From: Ruditapes philippinarum
Lineage: Eukaryota
Direction of reading: 5' to 3'
NCBI RefSeq assembly: GCF_026571515.1
Contig: NW_026861405.1
Coordinates: 62,001 to 126,000, forward strand
Length of the DNA: 64,000 bases
Part shown: positions 41,101-53,760 of the stretch, in pieces
Layout of the letters: the number at the start of each line of letters is the position of its first letter
Position numbering within the stretch: the stretch's first letter is position 1
The notes under the pieces: model-generated
Seen by the model: the letters and a program-made list of their open reading frames with translations, nothing else
Told to the model about the DNA's origin: nothing
Database searches by the model: none
Made by a program: the position numbers and the translations under genes

Positions 41101-44100
41101 TGAAGTTTGAACGCTGTGGGCCAAATGGAACTTAAGTTTCATGCTCCAGAAACTGTTTTCAGTTTTAAGTAATTGGACCTTGACCTTTGGACCTCAAAAT
41201 CAGTAGGAGTTTTACCCAATATAGACAATCATTCTTATGAAGATTGAACAGCTGTGGGCCAAATGGAACTGAAGTTTATGCTTCCGGAAACTGTTTTCAG
41301 TCATAGTGACTTTGACCTTGAGACCCCAAAATCAATATGGGTCTTCTTACCCAATTATTTGGACAATCAATCCTATGAAGTTCTTGAACACTGTGGGCCA
41401 AATGGGACATAGTTTATGCTCCGAAACTGTTTTTCAGTTTTAAGGTCATAGTGACCTTTGACCTTGTGATGCCCAAAATCGAATAGGGGTCTTCTACCCA
41501 ATATGGACAATCATCCTATGAAGTTTGAATATTGTGGGCCAAATGGAACTTAAGTTATGCTCCGGAAACCAAATTGCTAACGGACGGACGCCAGGGGGTA
41601 TAACATAATATGAAGAAGAAAGAAACAAAACAAGTTTAAAATATTTTTTAAAACTAAGACTTACTTTTCAATGTTTGAGAAGGTATAAACATTTCCAGCT
41701 TTAGTTTCAACGTCAAAATCAAAAGATCTCGTACTTCCAGCACTTCTGGCAAAGTTGACAGCTGCTAACTCGTCAAATCTGATATGCACGGGAGGTTTGT
41801 GCACGAAAATGAAACCTCTCTCAAGTGGGTAAAGGAGACCTGTAGCTGCTTTATATGAACAACCTATTGCTGGGGTACCCGAGTGCCTGGTGCAAACATA
41901 ACATATTATTACATATGTATGTTAGTAAATAATGTTTAATTAAGTAAAACAAAATATATTTATAATTCACTTCATCAAGGTATTTGTCCTCAAAAATGTA
42001 ACTAATTCTACTAGTAAATATGACCAGTGTAATTTTGGATCACTGCTACAAATCAAACATCTATGCTCAGGCTTTGTTATTTAAAGAAATTCATTCTTTG
42101 AAGGACTCCACAGTTTTTTGACAGGACTGAAAACCTTATTTTTTAAAGATGTGTATCATTTGAAGCGGGTCTGAAGTTGTGTCCAAAATTTTAGATCATT
42201 TGCTCACTTCATTTCTCCATGTTTTTGTGTGTGTGCAAAATGACCCAAAAATGAAAAGCATTTTAAACTGAGAACCATACAAATATTGATTTCTCAATTT
42301 AATTTAGAGTAAATTTTAGGTTTATAATCTTTGCATACTGGTTCTTAGTGCACCAGTTGATTTATGTAAGAATTTCAAATTTTATGTGTTTAGGCATTTG
42401 CACCTCAGTGGAGCTCCTTAAAAGGCTATTCTTATCACCTATGATCTCCTGCATCCGACTGGAATTATTTGCTATAAGGCTAGTAGATTATCATCTGTAA
42501 AATCACTTCTAAGAAGTGTCAAAAATCCAACCATTGGTTTGGGAAAAGATAATTAAAAGACATACAGTTAATGGACATAGGCCATCACAAAAAACTCATC
42601 TTTGAGAAGTTTGGCGTCTGGCTTGCAAACATTGTCACAAAAATAAACATACCCTAGAAAACTTCCTGGAACTGTGATTTTTCTAGTAGTTACAGCTTTG
42701 AACACTTTACTAACTATTTCATACTCTGGTCCATTCATTTCCTTTTGTAATTTTCCTTCATATCTTTCTTCTAATTGACTGCAGAGATAAACAAAAACAG
42801 AGTGCATTAATCATACAGAATTCTATTTTTTCAAATACTTCAAGTACAGAAACCTTATAAAATTGAATTAATTCTGATACATTACATCACTATGGTTTAT
42901 GTAACAAATCTCACATCATCTTATGCAAATCATGGCTTCATAAAACTGAGAAGCTTTAAACTGAATAGAATCAATGACAAAATATTTAAAGTTCCTACTC
43001 AAACCATTTGCATAATAACATCTTATTTTTAATGGTTGACTGCCATTGTTAACATTCTAAGAACACTTTCCAACTGAAGCTAGAAGACTCTAAAAGCTAC
43101 TATCATTATCATTTCAGGCACAAGCAGGCAACAAACACCACTCATTTCTTAGCTTACTGGCATTGGTATTGTTTAACTTTAATGACAAAGTACTGAGATT
43201 TGAAATGGTATTTCTAAATAATATGAAGCTTGCTGCTAAGACATAACTGAATGGAATGAAATTCATGAAAAATAGGTTTTGTTTGTTTGTTTGTTTCATT
43301 TTACGCCTTTTTCCAACAGTATTTCATAGTTATAAAAGTATAATATTTATGGTACATACTCTCCTAGTCCACATTCCAGTGTCATCTCATCATCTTTATA
43401 GAATAATAATATCAGAAAATGGTATCTTGTCTGACCTTGTTTTATTGGTGGATCTAAACTCACCTGAAAATAAAACAACAAACAACCGTTACATCAAATA
43501 AGAATACTTCCTCCCGACATTAAACTCCAGAAACTTTCCAAACACAATGACAACAGTTATAACAATAATCATTCATAAATATTCTAAAAACAAAGTCAAA
43601 TTTGCCAAAATACTCCGTACCCTATAAATACTTATATTTTCATTTCTTCATCCTTTACTCCAAATATTACAGGTATTTCAGATGTAATGTTCCTAATTCT
43701 ATTCCAAACTATTCACTACAGCATAGCAAATTCAAATAAATTTGACATAATTTCATTATTTGTATGTTTGCTATGGTAAGTAAATAAAGCACATAAGAAA
43801 TTTATATTAAGAATGAAAATGTATACATCACGACCTAGCTCTTTAAGATTTTTTCCAGCATACCAATCATATATCATATCAAAAAGTACATAAAAAAGAA
43901 ACAATTATTGAGTATGTACAAGAATAGTATAATGATTGAATAAAGTTATAAATTTACCACAAAAAAGATCTGTCTGCCATCTTTATGAGGAAGTAGAAAT
44001 AAGCGTAAGACAGAAGTGTATGGAACATTGTAGTTAAATGTTTTACCATGAAGCTGGAAAAATGTTGTGTACATCTTGATGTCATAACGACCCCTGTAAT

Positions 44101-46333
44101 ATAAAACCACATGACAACATTCTGTAAGTATGACACTGAATTCAAAAATTTAAAGTACTGCAAAAAATCCCTTAAAAGAAATGCATATATTGCAAACAGA
44201 AAATTGTGAATAAATTAGTCAATAGAAAATTGATGGAAAAGTTTAATTAAGTTTTTAAAAATGAAATAATAAACTAGAAATGTGTCATCATGCCAAGGAT
44301 GCCCCCGCATGCAGCCACAATTTCAGATGGTGCATTAATTATTTTTTTCATTTTAAGTTCAAAGCCCTTAAAACTTTTCAATGTTAACACAAACCATTTT
44401 CATACAATGTTCAAGGCACTGAAATTATTCAGTCTTAACCTTTTAAAAATAGCATATTGCATATTTGTAGCCAAAATAATGGCAAAAAGTATGAGTGCTA
44501 AAACTGCCAAAAAATCATCAAACCATGACCAAATTCCAACTTGACCTGCCCATTCCTTTGACATATCCATATGTCAAATTTAAGTTAGATAATGAACAGA
44601 AACTGTAAATTTCATATTATTTTCAAAGTGAAAGGGGCATTACTCTGCCAAAAATCATTGAACCATGACCAAATTCGAACTTGGCCTGGGCATTCCAAAA
44701 ACATATTCATATGTCAAATTTAAGTTGAATGTGTTGTACCATCGGGGAGATAATAAACGGAAACTGAAAATTTCATATTACTTTCAAAGTGAAAGGGGCA
44801 TAACTCTGCCAAAAATCATTGAACCATGACCAAATTTGCACTTGACCTGCGCATTCCTTTGACGCATCCATATGTCAAGTTTGAGTTGAATGTGTTGTAC
44901 CTTTGGGGAGATAATGAACAGAAACTGAAAATTTCATATTATTTTCAAAGTAAAAGGGGCATAACTCTGCCAAAATCATCGAACCACGACCAAATTCAAG
45001 CTTGACCTGTATTTTCTCATGACATATCCATATGTCAAGTTTGAGTTGAATGTGTTGTACTGTTGGGGAGATAATGAACGGAAACTGAAAATTTCATATT
45101 ATTTTCAAAGTAAAAGGGGCATAACTCTGCCAAAAATCATCGAACCATGACCAAATTCGAACTTGACCTGTATTTTCTCATGACATATCCATATGTCAAG
45201 TTTGAGTTGAATGTGTTGTACCGTTGGGGAGATAATGAACGGAAACTGAAATTTCATATTATTTTCAAAGTAAAAGGGGCATAACTCTGCCAAAAATCAT
45301 CGAACCTTACCATGACCAAATTCGAACTTGACCTATATTTTCTCATGACATATCCATATGTCAAATTTGAGTTGAATGTGTGCAACCGTTCTTAAGATAA
45401 TGAACGGAAACTGATGATGAAGGAATGACAGAATGACGGAACAGGGTAACACTATATGCCCCGGCCATTACATGGCGGGGGCATAAAAATATTCCCACTA
45501 TAAAGATACAAAATATATCACATGATATAAGAAATCAGGTATAGAAGTATTTACCTGGGTGTGAGACATTGTACCTCAGGGAGAACACAGACTGCATCAC
45601 CTGTTGCCTGTATAATCTCAGCATTCTCCATAACTTTGTTCTGAAATTCCTGATAATATAACAATAACCTTAAATAAGTTATGATGTGAAAATGATGTAG
45701 GGATGTCAGATTCAAACAAAACTTCCATGGAAAGATAACAATCAACATGAAACTATCTAATAAAATCAATTTTCCTTACAATATTCATATTGACTAAAAA
45801 ATTGAGATTAAACAAGAATATCTGCTATGGATGCTCCCCAAACCTGCACATTTGTCAATGATTTTCAATGCACATTGGGCATTAAAGTCAATAACAGTCT
45901 AAAAGTCTGTTCTAAGCAACACTGACCTTAAACTCAGCGACCCCTAACGTAAAGTTAGAGGCCCCGACCTAAGGGTTTGTCCAAACCAAATAAAAAAATT
46001 GTTAAATTAAACAAGCAAAAACCCCTTTTGCAATAAAAACACCCCTTTGGAAGCAAATTTTTTTGGTTTTTAGTTTGAGAGGTTTTTTGTTTTAGAGAGT
46101 TTTAAATATCTTACTTTTTGAAAGGGAAATAAAAACTGCTTTTGCTCAGAGAAAAAGGGAAATCTCTGACAAAAACCATTTAAAGTAAAAAAAAAACCAG
46201 TCTTTTTGACCCATAAATTTGAAAAAATCAGCTGCTCTTTTTGGTCATCCCAAAACCAAATTTTTAACAAAAAATTTCCCCATAAATGCAGGGAAAAATT
46301 TATCAACCAGAACCCAAAATTTTGGGTTTTCCA

Positions 46334-46366
<33 letters not shown>

Positions 46367-49300
46367 TGGACTGGGGGTTACACTTATGCCTCCAACCCCA
46401 GCAATTTATGGCAACGACAAAAAAAACCCACCTTTATGTGAGGGTCAAAGGTCAAAAATTATAAAAAAAAAATTGGCAATAGCTCAAACTTACTTGAACT
46501 GTATCTACTTCTTGGTTAGCTGGATCACCAGGAATATGAAATCGTATCTCCATTAGAGAGACCGCGGCATCGTCATTTTGATGAAACTCTAGCGTGATCT
46601 CATTTTTGGCTGTTGTTGTTGTAGATACATTGTTCAGTGGAAGCTCAAATGCCAAGTTATTGTCAATCATAAAATTCAAACCATTACCTGAAGATAACAG
46701 ACTAAACAATACTAGTAAGAACTAAAAATGTGTCCACAAGACACTTATGACCCTACTTCAGTTGTATGTAACACTGGCTCAGATGAGCTACAAACAATAT
46801 GCCTAAATCCTGAAATAAACATTACGGATAAGTGTTTATGAACGCCTTGTTGGAATTAAACTACAGAAAAGAAGTGGCCACCAAATATCATAGTTAATAT
46901 CGTCAGTTTGGATTCAATATCAATTGTCACTGATGTGGAACTTGTAGCAATAATTTTTCCATAGTTAAAATCCATGCTACAGTTATGGTTCTTAAATAAT
47001 GACCTTCAATTATGCTCCAAAGATGTATGAAGTTTCAAGTAGTAGTTAAAGCAGAACTTTACCCCAAACACTAAGAACATGAATTTGGTAAGTTCACAAA
47101 CTGTAATACCAGTAATTCAGGAACAATCTGGGCCAGTTAAGGTTTTTGGAAAGTGGCCTTCAATTATGTTCTGAAGACATGTGTCAAGTTTCAAGGGAAC
47201 ACTGACTCTTCAAGCAAATCTTGAACTAGTAAAGTTTAAGTTCACATAAAGGGCTATTATTCCATTGAAATCCATGCTACCGTTAAACCCATGGAAAATT
47301 ATCTCATAGGTAGGTGTAAAGTTTTAAGCAAATACCTTCCATGATTGGTAAAATAAACAGTTGGCTGCTAATAAAGTAGCTACTAGCATGCATAACTTTA
47401 ACAAAAGGTATTACACAGTCACTTTCACATGGGTGAGCAAGATAGCTTCATTATTCTCTGAACAGTTTTATCAATGTCCAGATATACAATCCAATTATAT
47501 TTGCACATATTAAATTTACTGCATCAAAATCTGCATACCCTTTTTTAATTTCATGCATAAAGGTCCTTGAATTCAACATTATAGGGAGTTTTATTGCTTT
47601 ATCTTTATAGGAAATACCTTCAAATTTAGCCTGTCCCCAGTTCCATCCTTTAACTGAAAGATCAACAGGTTCCAGCTTCGTATTGTAATTACGTGAAATA
47701 AATGATCCCAGTTTGTCCTGATCCTGTAAATCAAAAATTCATAGATAAAATATAGATATAAATTTAAACAATGCAAATCAAGGAACAATTAAAACATACA
47801 AGTCAACCCAAAATCTATTATCGAATACATTTTTTTAAAAAGTTTTCCCTATTATTCCAGACATTATAAAAATAAGTGACCTCTGGGTTGGGGTTAATAT
47901 CAGGAACATAATGCGATCTATCTTTCTGGAGATCTACTAGAATATGCCTCACATTGAAGCTTTGAGCCTGGAAGATGTTCAAATTTTGTTATCAATCAAA
48001 GTTCTGTACAGAACAAAAATATTTGAACATATTAAGATTTGATATTTAATGTAAAGAACGTTCCTTCCAAGATTCATCTTCATTTACCTTAACCTGACAA
48101 GGTGTCTTTTTGTAGTAACATGAGCTTAAACTCAAATCAATAAATGAAGACGGAAGTAAAACAGGAAGTACAGGTATAGATTGACTAAAACAAGCGCCAT
48201 AGAAAAATTTCAAGAAGCACAATTATACTGAAAAAGAACTATTTTTTTAAATATCTGAATCTGTATCTTACTGTTTCTTTAAAGCCATCAAATCTGTGTA
48301 TATGTCCACTGTGTAAGACAATTTTGAGACAGTAACCCCTTGCTCTCTTCAACCACTTCACCTCATCTATATCAGTTCCTTGAAACTGATCAACCCTTCC
48401 GGTCTTTGTATTTTTAAACACTATACTGTTCCCTTGAAACTTTAAACGACCTGGATTCTGTAAAGAACAAATAAGATTACTTTTACCCTGTTTATCCAGT
48501 TCAGAACATTAAATCCTAAAATTGCAATTAGGCAGTTCTTAAAAAAATGTTTGTTTGCAGTAACCCGACCCAGAATTTTCAAGGTGGGTAGGTAGGTCGA
48601 TAATTCTTTTATTATTTTTTTTTTATTGAACTGTACTCCCAAATAAACATGGAATTTCAAAATGCTGGACAATATATACTTTGATAAGCTGGTAACAATT
48701 AATAAATTGATAACTGAATCCTAATTTAATAAGAACTACATTTTATTTCTTCTATTAACCTTTAAAAAACGAAAACAAAGCACAAGGCATAATTTTCTGA
48801 TTAAAAAAAAAAATTTTTTTTATCCAGACCATGAAAAAAAATATGAGTAGGGGCAAATTTTGTGAGTCAGTCGCGTTACTGCAAATAAACATTTTTTTAA
48901 GGATGGCCTTAATTTTATCTCTCAGATGCTTTTAATTTTAGTGTTTTGTTACAGTTTCCAAAATTGTACTCATTGGCCATATGGCTGAATCAGGGCTCGC
49001 GCTGGCGGGAGCCAATGAGCAAATTGGCTCCAAAATTATTAAATTGGCTCAAAAAAAACATGATTGGCTCCAACTTACGAAAAGTATAACTTTTGGAATA
49101 TCCAGTCTAAATTTAGCATTTGCTATTTTAAGAATGGAAAAGTACACATTTGGTTTACCATATACAACTTCCGCTTTACCGCTTCTTATCACAAAAGACA
49201 GCGACACAGTCTCCTTTTTGTGGGGTCATTGACTGGTCTATATTTGGTACTTCCCTTCCAAATAAAATATTGTTATAAACAGTAACACAGTCTAATACAT

Positions 49301-50938
49301 TGACCTCATGGTATGTTTACATGTTTATCAGCTGATAAATACGACACTAATTGGTGTGAAAAATACCTGTGGCAGATTGTTAAATGTGCACTGGATAATT
49401 GGTCTTTATATTCAATATAAAAACAATAACTAGCGGCATCTTAAGATTATCGCCAATTAAATCAACAGTTTGGTTATGAAATGGAGGACTTTACGGTAAG
49501 TTTGCATTCATTAAATTTTATTGTTGTTGATAAAAAGATCAAAGGAATTATGAGTTATAGAATATAAGTTGTTTTTTTTTAAATTGCAAATTAAATCGGA
49601 CCTAAAAATTGTTAAAAAAAAAAACTTATATAAATTTGACAAGGAGTATATTTGACAATTAGTATTCCTGGAAAAAAATTGACCTTACTTTGTACATAAC
49701 ATATGTCTGGAGCATTCATTTACAAATGGCATATGGCTGTGAAATGTTTAAGGAAAATTCAAGAAGCATACAAAATATTTTTAGGAAACTTATGCTAATA
49801 ACTTTACTCTTATAATGAATAGTATGTCATTTTTTTCCTGAATTATGTTTAGTTTAGAACTTTTCAATATTCTTTTCTTCATTAATAATTATTCTTCTTG
49901 CTCTCAAATGTTTCTGTTTTTATAATTTCAGATACAGATAGTCCTCAAACAAAGTCTTTGGCATTAACCAAGCAAGCTGAAGCAGCACATTAGAATGTGG
50001 TTCTGATGTCACTGTCATGCCACTGACTTAGATTTTATGAAAACATTGCTGAACAACTTAGCCTGGAAAATGTTATAGCTACTGAGCTGCAAGCTTTTAT
50101 GATCAGTTTTAATGTGATAAAAATGTAGCTACCAAAATAAAGTTGTAAAATATAGTTTATGTTTTTTTTTTTCTTCTAAATATCTCATGCCTTTTAAAGT
50201 GTTCCATATATGAGATAATGCAATAAGTAAGTCTGACAATTGAATTCTGGTTATTCTGCAGTACCATGATTGCTTGTTTGAAAATAAAATACAGGCACGC
50301 AATTTTCGCCGCGAAAAATTGGCTCAAAGAAAAAATCTGCCAGTGCTAGCCCTGCTGAATTAATCATAGCTGAAGTTATAGTGTCAGATTTAGTATTTTG
50401 TATGGAAGATAAAATTCTACTCTCTATGTTTTAGCTATGTTTCTGACAAATTTGTTTCACAGTCATCAATGCTGTTTTCACATAATATGCAGTAAACATG
50501 TTCTTAATCTAAACAAGTCAAGAGAAAAAATTACATATTTTTTAAATATGTATTCATTTTTGAGGCTTAATGTACCTTTAAAAAGCTTATTTGTTTGTTT
50601 GGTTTTATGGTGCACTAACACAATAGTCATATGGTGCCAAAACAGGAAAGATGATTCTGGCTAACCTTGGGTGTTACAAACTTAAAGCAACACCAATGGT
50701 CAAAATGGAGCTATGAAATGATTTGAACCCGTTTAATTGTCTCTTACAGTCATGCAGGGATAAAGGAAGACTGCAATTCTGAGGCCTCAACCCTTAAAAG
50801 CAACCCATCAGCCACAAGGGTGGTCTTTAACAAAATCTTAACATGCTTAACGTTAGGCTTATCACCACACATAAGACTTACTAAAGCTCCTCTCACTTCC
50901 TGTACAACATCTGGATATTCTTGATAGTCACTGCTCAT
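32162..50938 (-). CDS. SSRP1: FACT complex subunit SSRP1, 18 coding exons, ~780 aa
   Basis: Exons (minus strand): 50938-50882, 48457-48272, 47723-47618, 46687-46494, 45649-45555, 44093-43958, 43463-43360, 42778-42653, 41886-41665, 40268-40196, 39784-39649, 39428-39343, 37767-37645, ~37310-37116 (corrupted), 35446-35349, 34070-33902, 32987-32850, 32260-32162. All clean exons are GT-AG with matching phases. Motifs: [136 protein letters not shown]. Confidence 0.95.
33043..33400. mobile_element. Helentron/HINE-like fragment in SSRP1 intron
   Basis: Starts with an AACAAGAG...ATGCTCCCC terminal motif and contains AAAGTTATGGGCCGGACAC and TGATCTTGACCT core motifs like the other intronic copies. Confidence 0.45.
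34320..35197. mobile_element. hAT-like non-autonomous element with 6-bp TSD
   Basis: Perfect 15-bp TIR CAGTGTTTCTGCCAG; CTGGTA on both flanks. Confidence 0.85.
35660..35805. mobile_element. Solo long hairpin (CTCG-apex family)
   Basis: GTGTAAGTTCATTACTGAATTTATTGCA...TGCAATAAATTCAGTATTGAACTTACAC with apex ATGCTCGCCAGAGGCTCGCAT. Confidence 0.7.
36397..36572. mobile_element. Long hairpin terminus (CTCG-apex family)
   Basis: ACAGTTATTTCATGTGTGATTTGGGAACAGTCAAAC...GTTTGACTGTTCCCAAATCACATATGAAATAACTGT with apex GCCCTCGGCCTACGGCCTTGGGC. Confidence 0.7.
37116..37310 (-). other. SSRP1: SSRP1 first HMG-box exon, frameshifted in this sequence
   Basis: The minus strand gives recognisable pieces (K-rich run, DRDP, PKRP, FIWFMSE, NPGFS, SKKAG) in shifting frames, inside a homopolymer-distorted block. 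Confidence 0.65.
37862..38156. repeat. 23-bp minisatellite in SSRP1 intron
   Basis: Unit GAGGCCGACATAAACCAAACAGT, ~13 copies. Confidence 0.9.
38222..38418 (-). mobile_element. Degenerate tRNA-derived SINE
   Basis: Minus strand: GGGGTCTGTGGCTGAGTGATTAAGGTC (A-box head) ..GAATTCTTTCAT..AGGAAGC..TTACGGAA..CTTCCTCCAC..AAAGCTGGAAAGTTACCATGTGACC. Confidence 0.65.
40567..41610. mobile_element. Helentron/HINE-like element with ~140-145 bp internal tandem repeats
   Basis: ACAAGAGCACCGCTAGGCGGAGC hairpin end, ~7 units containing CCTATGAAGTTTGAA..GGGCCAAATGGAACTTAAGTTATGC, and a (CGGA)n microsatellite near the other end. Confidence 0.75.
43276..43333 (-). mobile_element. SINE 3' tail (same family as 10021-10228)
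   Basis: Minus strand TGAAATACTGTTGGAAAAAGGCGTAAAATGAAACAAACAAACAAAC. Confidence 0.7.
44272..45489. mobile_element. Helentron/HINE-like element carrying a 160-bp satellite (BIV160-like in size and context)
   Basis: AACTAGAAATGTGTC..ATGCCCCC start. AAAGGGGCAT recurs at 44631, 44792, 44953, 45113 and 45273 (160-161 bp period). It ends with GGAATGAC repeats and the terminal hairpin ATGCCCCGGCCATTACATGGCGGGGGCAT. Confidence 0.8.
48531..48908. mobile_element. PIF/Harbinger-like MITE (TTA TSD)
   Basis: GGC...GCC termini with a ~35-bp imperfect TIR (CTTAAAAAAATGTTTGTTTGCAGTAAC / GTTACTGCAAATAAACATTTTTTTAAG); TTA on both flanks. Confidence 0.7.
48991..50354. mobile_element. hAT-like non-autonomous element with 6-bp TSD
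   Basis: TIR CAGGGCTCGCGCTGGC / CAGGGCTAGCACTGGC, subterminal ATTGGCTC repeats, CTGAAT on both flanks. Confidence 0.85.
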
Positions 50939-51678
50939 TGCTATGTTTTAGAGACTCCTGTAATAACAATAGAGAGATGTCATTGCTTTTCCATTAAAAA
51001 AATATCAACAAAGTCTAGGCCTTCTTTTTTTCAGTATTTTGGAAAGCCACTAACAGTTTTACACCATTGGAATTGTTGGGAAAATTGTACACAGTCTTAA
51101 TTGGGAATTTCAGACTAATTAATTGAAACTACTGAACACATGATAACAAGAAACACTTCAATGCTAATATTGATTAACTTATGTGAATAGCTCACCTGAC
51201 ATTGCTATCACTCAGGTGAACTAAATATATAACAAGACCTGTCTTCGGACAGCACACTCCATTTTTCTCTGCGTTGAGGGGGCATACATTTTGCAAATAT
51301 GCAACAGGCTTAGCAGTCAACAAATATCTCAGGTTCGAAGTGAATACCTTTCATGGTTTTTGAGAAAAAAGGAAAATATTCCAAGTTAAAAAAGGAAATA
51401 ATTAAGCAAGAAGGGCTTTGAGGAAATGATAATAGCGTTAGAGTTCAGGTATTGCACTCTTGACATCAGAATTTTCAATGTCAACATTGCAATAGACACA
51501 CAACTGTTAGTGTTACCTCTCAAGAAAGTTAAAATCAATTTAATTTACTTAACCATAGAAGAAACATATTAATAAAAAAAGTCTGATATATCTCAACCAC
51601 TGAACAAAGTAAACAACTAAATCAGCATTTTAGGAGCTGTTCGGTTTTGATGGTTATCTGGTTTTGCATGTACCTTAC

Positions 51679-52411
51679 CAGGCTTCGCGAAACTGCTGAA
51701 ACATTTGCCTGACATCCGGTCAGACAAACTTTCAATTCTTGTCTGACCGAAAGAACTTTTGTCTGACCGAATTTTTTTTCCAAATATATGTATATGGTAA
51801 TACGTTTGTGTTTTTTTAAAGACATAGGAACTTTTAAAGATTTGCAACACAATTTTATTCTCTTAAATAAAACATCAGTTTATCCAGATTGATGGACTCT
51901 GTCTGGAAATTTAAACATTCATGATCAAAATCATCATCATCATATGATCTTTATAAAATTTATGACACAATGTACATTTCATCTTATTTTCTTCCTCGTT
52001 AAAAACCAACCACGAGCGGCCATTTTTCCATTTACCCACAAATTTTCTCGGCAGGCGCCTGGACTCGTATTTCTTTTGTTTCGCTTTTTTCCTTCATTAG
52101 ATAATTTACGTTTTTTGCATGGCGTAGCGCCAACGTAATAATTTAATAATGCAGTAACACCAACATTTTCTTCCGAGTACAAGATCATTGAAAGTTGTAT
52201 GTATCTAATTTGATTGGACACTAAAAATGAAACGGCGAATCAAAACTCGTTTTACATTTTTTTATTCAAGGGAGAAAACTCGGTCTTGATTGGTCTTGGA
52301 TATATCCCGGTATTCGTACCGGACATAAGGTCTGGAACTCGGAAAAAAATATCGGACCGGCCTAATTTTTGTCGGACATGTCCGACGGTCCGGCAACTTT
52401 CGCGAAGCCTG
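51679..52411. mobile_element. hAT-like non-autonomous element with 6-bp TSD
   Basis: TIR CAGGCTTCGCGAAA, subterminal GTCTGAC/GTCGGAC repeats, CCTTAC on both flanks. Confidence 0.85.
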
Positions 52412-52587
52412 CCTTACCAGTATGGCTCATTATAAAAGATTGTAAACTTATATTCAAGTCTTTTTTGCCCTTTTATTGCAAACCAATTTACCATTAATAG
52501 TCATACAAATTATCAAATACACATGGTCATCCAACATATCAAACATTTTAATAACAAATGCATAATACAGCAGAAACTCCTTAGATT

Positions 52588-53155
52588 AACAAGAGCTGTC
52601 GGTAGGACAGCAACGCTCGACTATTCTTAGTGCTTGATAGTAAAAAAACCTTGAAAATGTAAAATTTTCTGAGTTAACAAAAGGGTAAAATTTTTCTTTA
52701 AGACCATGTTACAGTTATAGGCCTTGAAGAGAGTCCTATTATGCTCTCAAAGATTAAAGAATAAAATTTCAACTTGTTTCAAAGCCAGATGTCAATAGAA
52801 TATGAAAATATCTGAGGTGGTATGCAAACTTAAATGTAAATTCTAAGTCGAAAAAGGGGCATAATTCTGTCAAAATGCTTGATACAGTTACTTCCTCCTG
52901 TCTACAGGTTAGGGTCATGATGGTGAACAAGTGTGCAAAGTTTCAAAGCCATATGTCAATGGACTTTGAACATATTTGAGGTATTACAAAAACTTTAACG
53001 TAAATTCTAAGTCGAAAAAGGGGCATAATTCTGACAAAATGCTTGATAGAGTTACCTCCTTCTGTCTACAGGTTGGGGTCATGATGGTGAACAATAGTGC
53101 AAAGTTTCAAAGCCATATGTCAATGGACTTTGAAAATATTTGAGGTATTACAAAA
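52588..53155. mobile_element. Truncated Helentron/HINE-like element with ~164-bp repeats
   Basis: AACAAGAGCTGTCGGTAGGACAGC hairpin end; AAAGGGGCATAATTCTG..AAAGTTTCAAAGCCATATGTCAATGG units at ~52853 and ~53017. Confidence 0.7.
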
Positions 53156-53354
53156 AACACAAATTGACCTAAAGGACATCAATTGCTTAAAATTTAAATA
53201 GGTCAAATTGGACCACTGTAAACACCTACCACATGACATGGAAATATGGCACTACTGTGATATTATTTAGTGTTGTTCACTATTGAACAATTTTTTGACT
53301 GATTTGGTTTTGACTTCACGTGTGTCTGTAAATTTGACAAAATAATAGAATGTA

Positions 53355-53760
53355 GGCCTGGTCAAGATGGCGGGAAAAAGAGCTGACAAATGACCTAAAC
53401 ATTAATAACAGATCTACAACGTATATATTCATCGAAATATATTGAAGACAACCACATAACAATAAGTATACATTTTTACAATTGTCTACTCTTTCTTTGT
53501 AAACTAAAAAATTGTCAAAAGTTATTTACACGTTAAATGTTTAACAAGAGCTATCCAGTGCTGCTTCTTCTTCTTTTTCGATCACACCGACGCTTGCGCA
53601 ACTTATTCAGCTAAACCCCGTAAACACGTTCCGTTTGTTCTTGGTTGTAAAGTACTAAATACAGCTGGCTCACCACGACATATTTCCTGACCTTTATTGT
53701 ATGTTATACTTCAGTACTCAAGTCGTTACGTTCTACGTTGACAGTATACATAAAAATAAA
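53355..53760 (-). promoter_or_regulatory. Candidate SSRP1 promoter / 5' non-coding exon region
   Basis: The ATG exon starts with an acceptor at 50958-50959, so an upstream exon is required. This region is locally CpG-richer and has a YY1 motif CAAGATGGCG (53362) and a GTGAG donor at 53673-53669. Confidence 0.35.

Noticed and set aside
32162-50938. SSRP1 as a pseudogene
   Set aside because: All other exons are intact and in phase; the damage is confined to a low-quality block.
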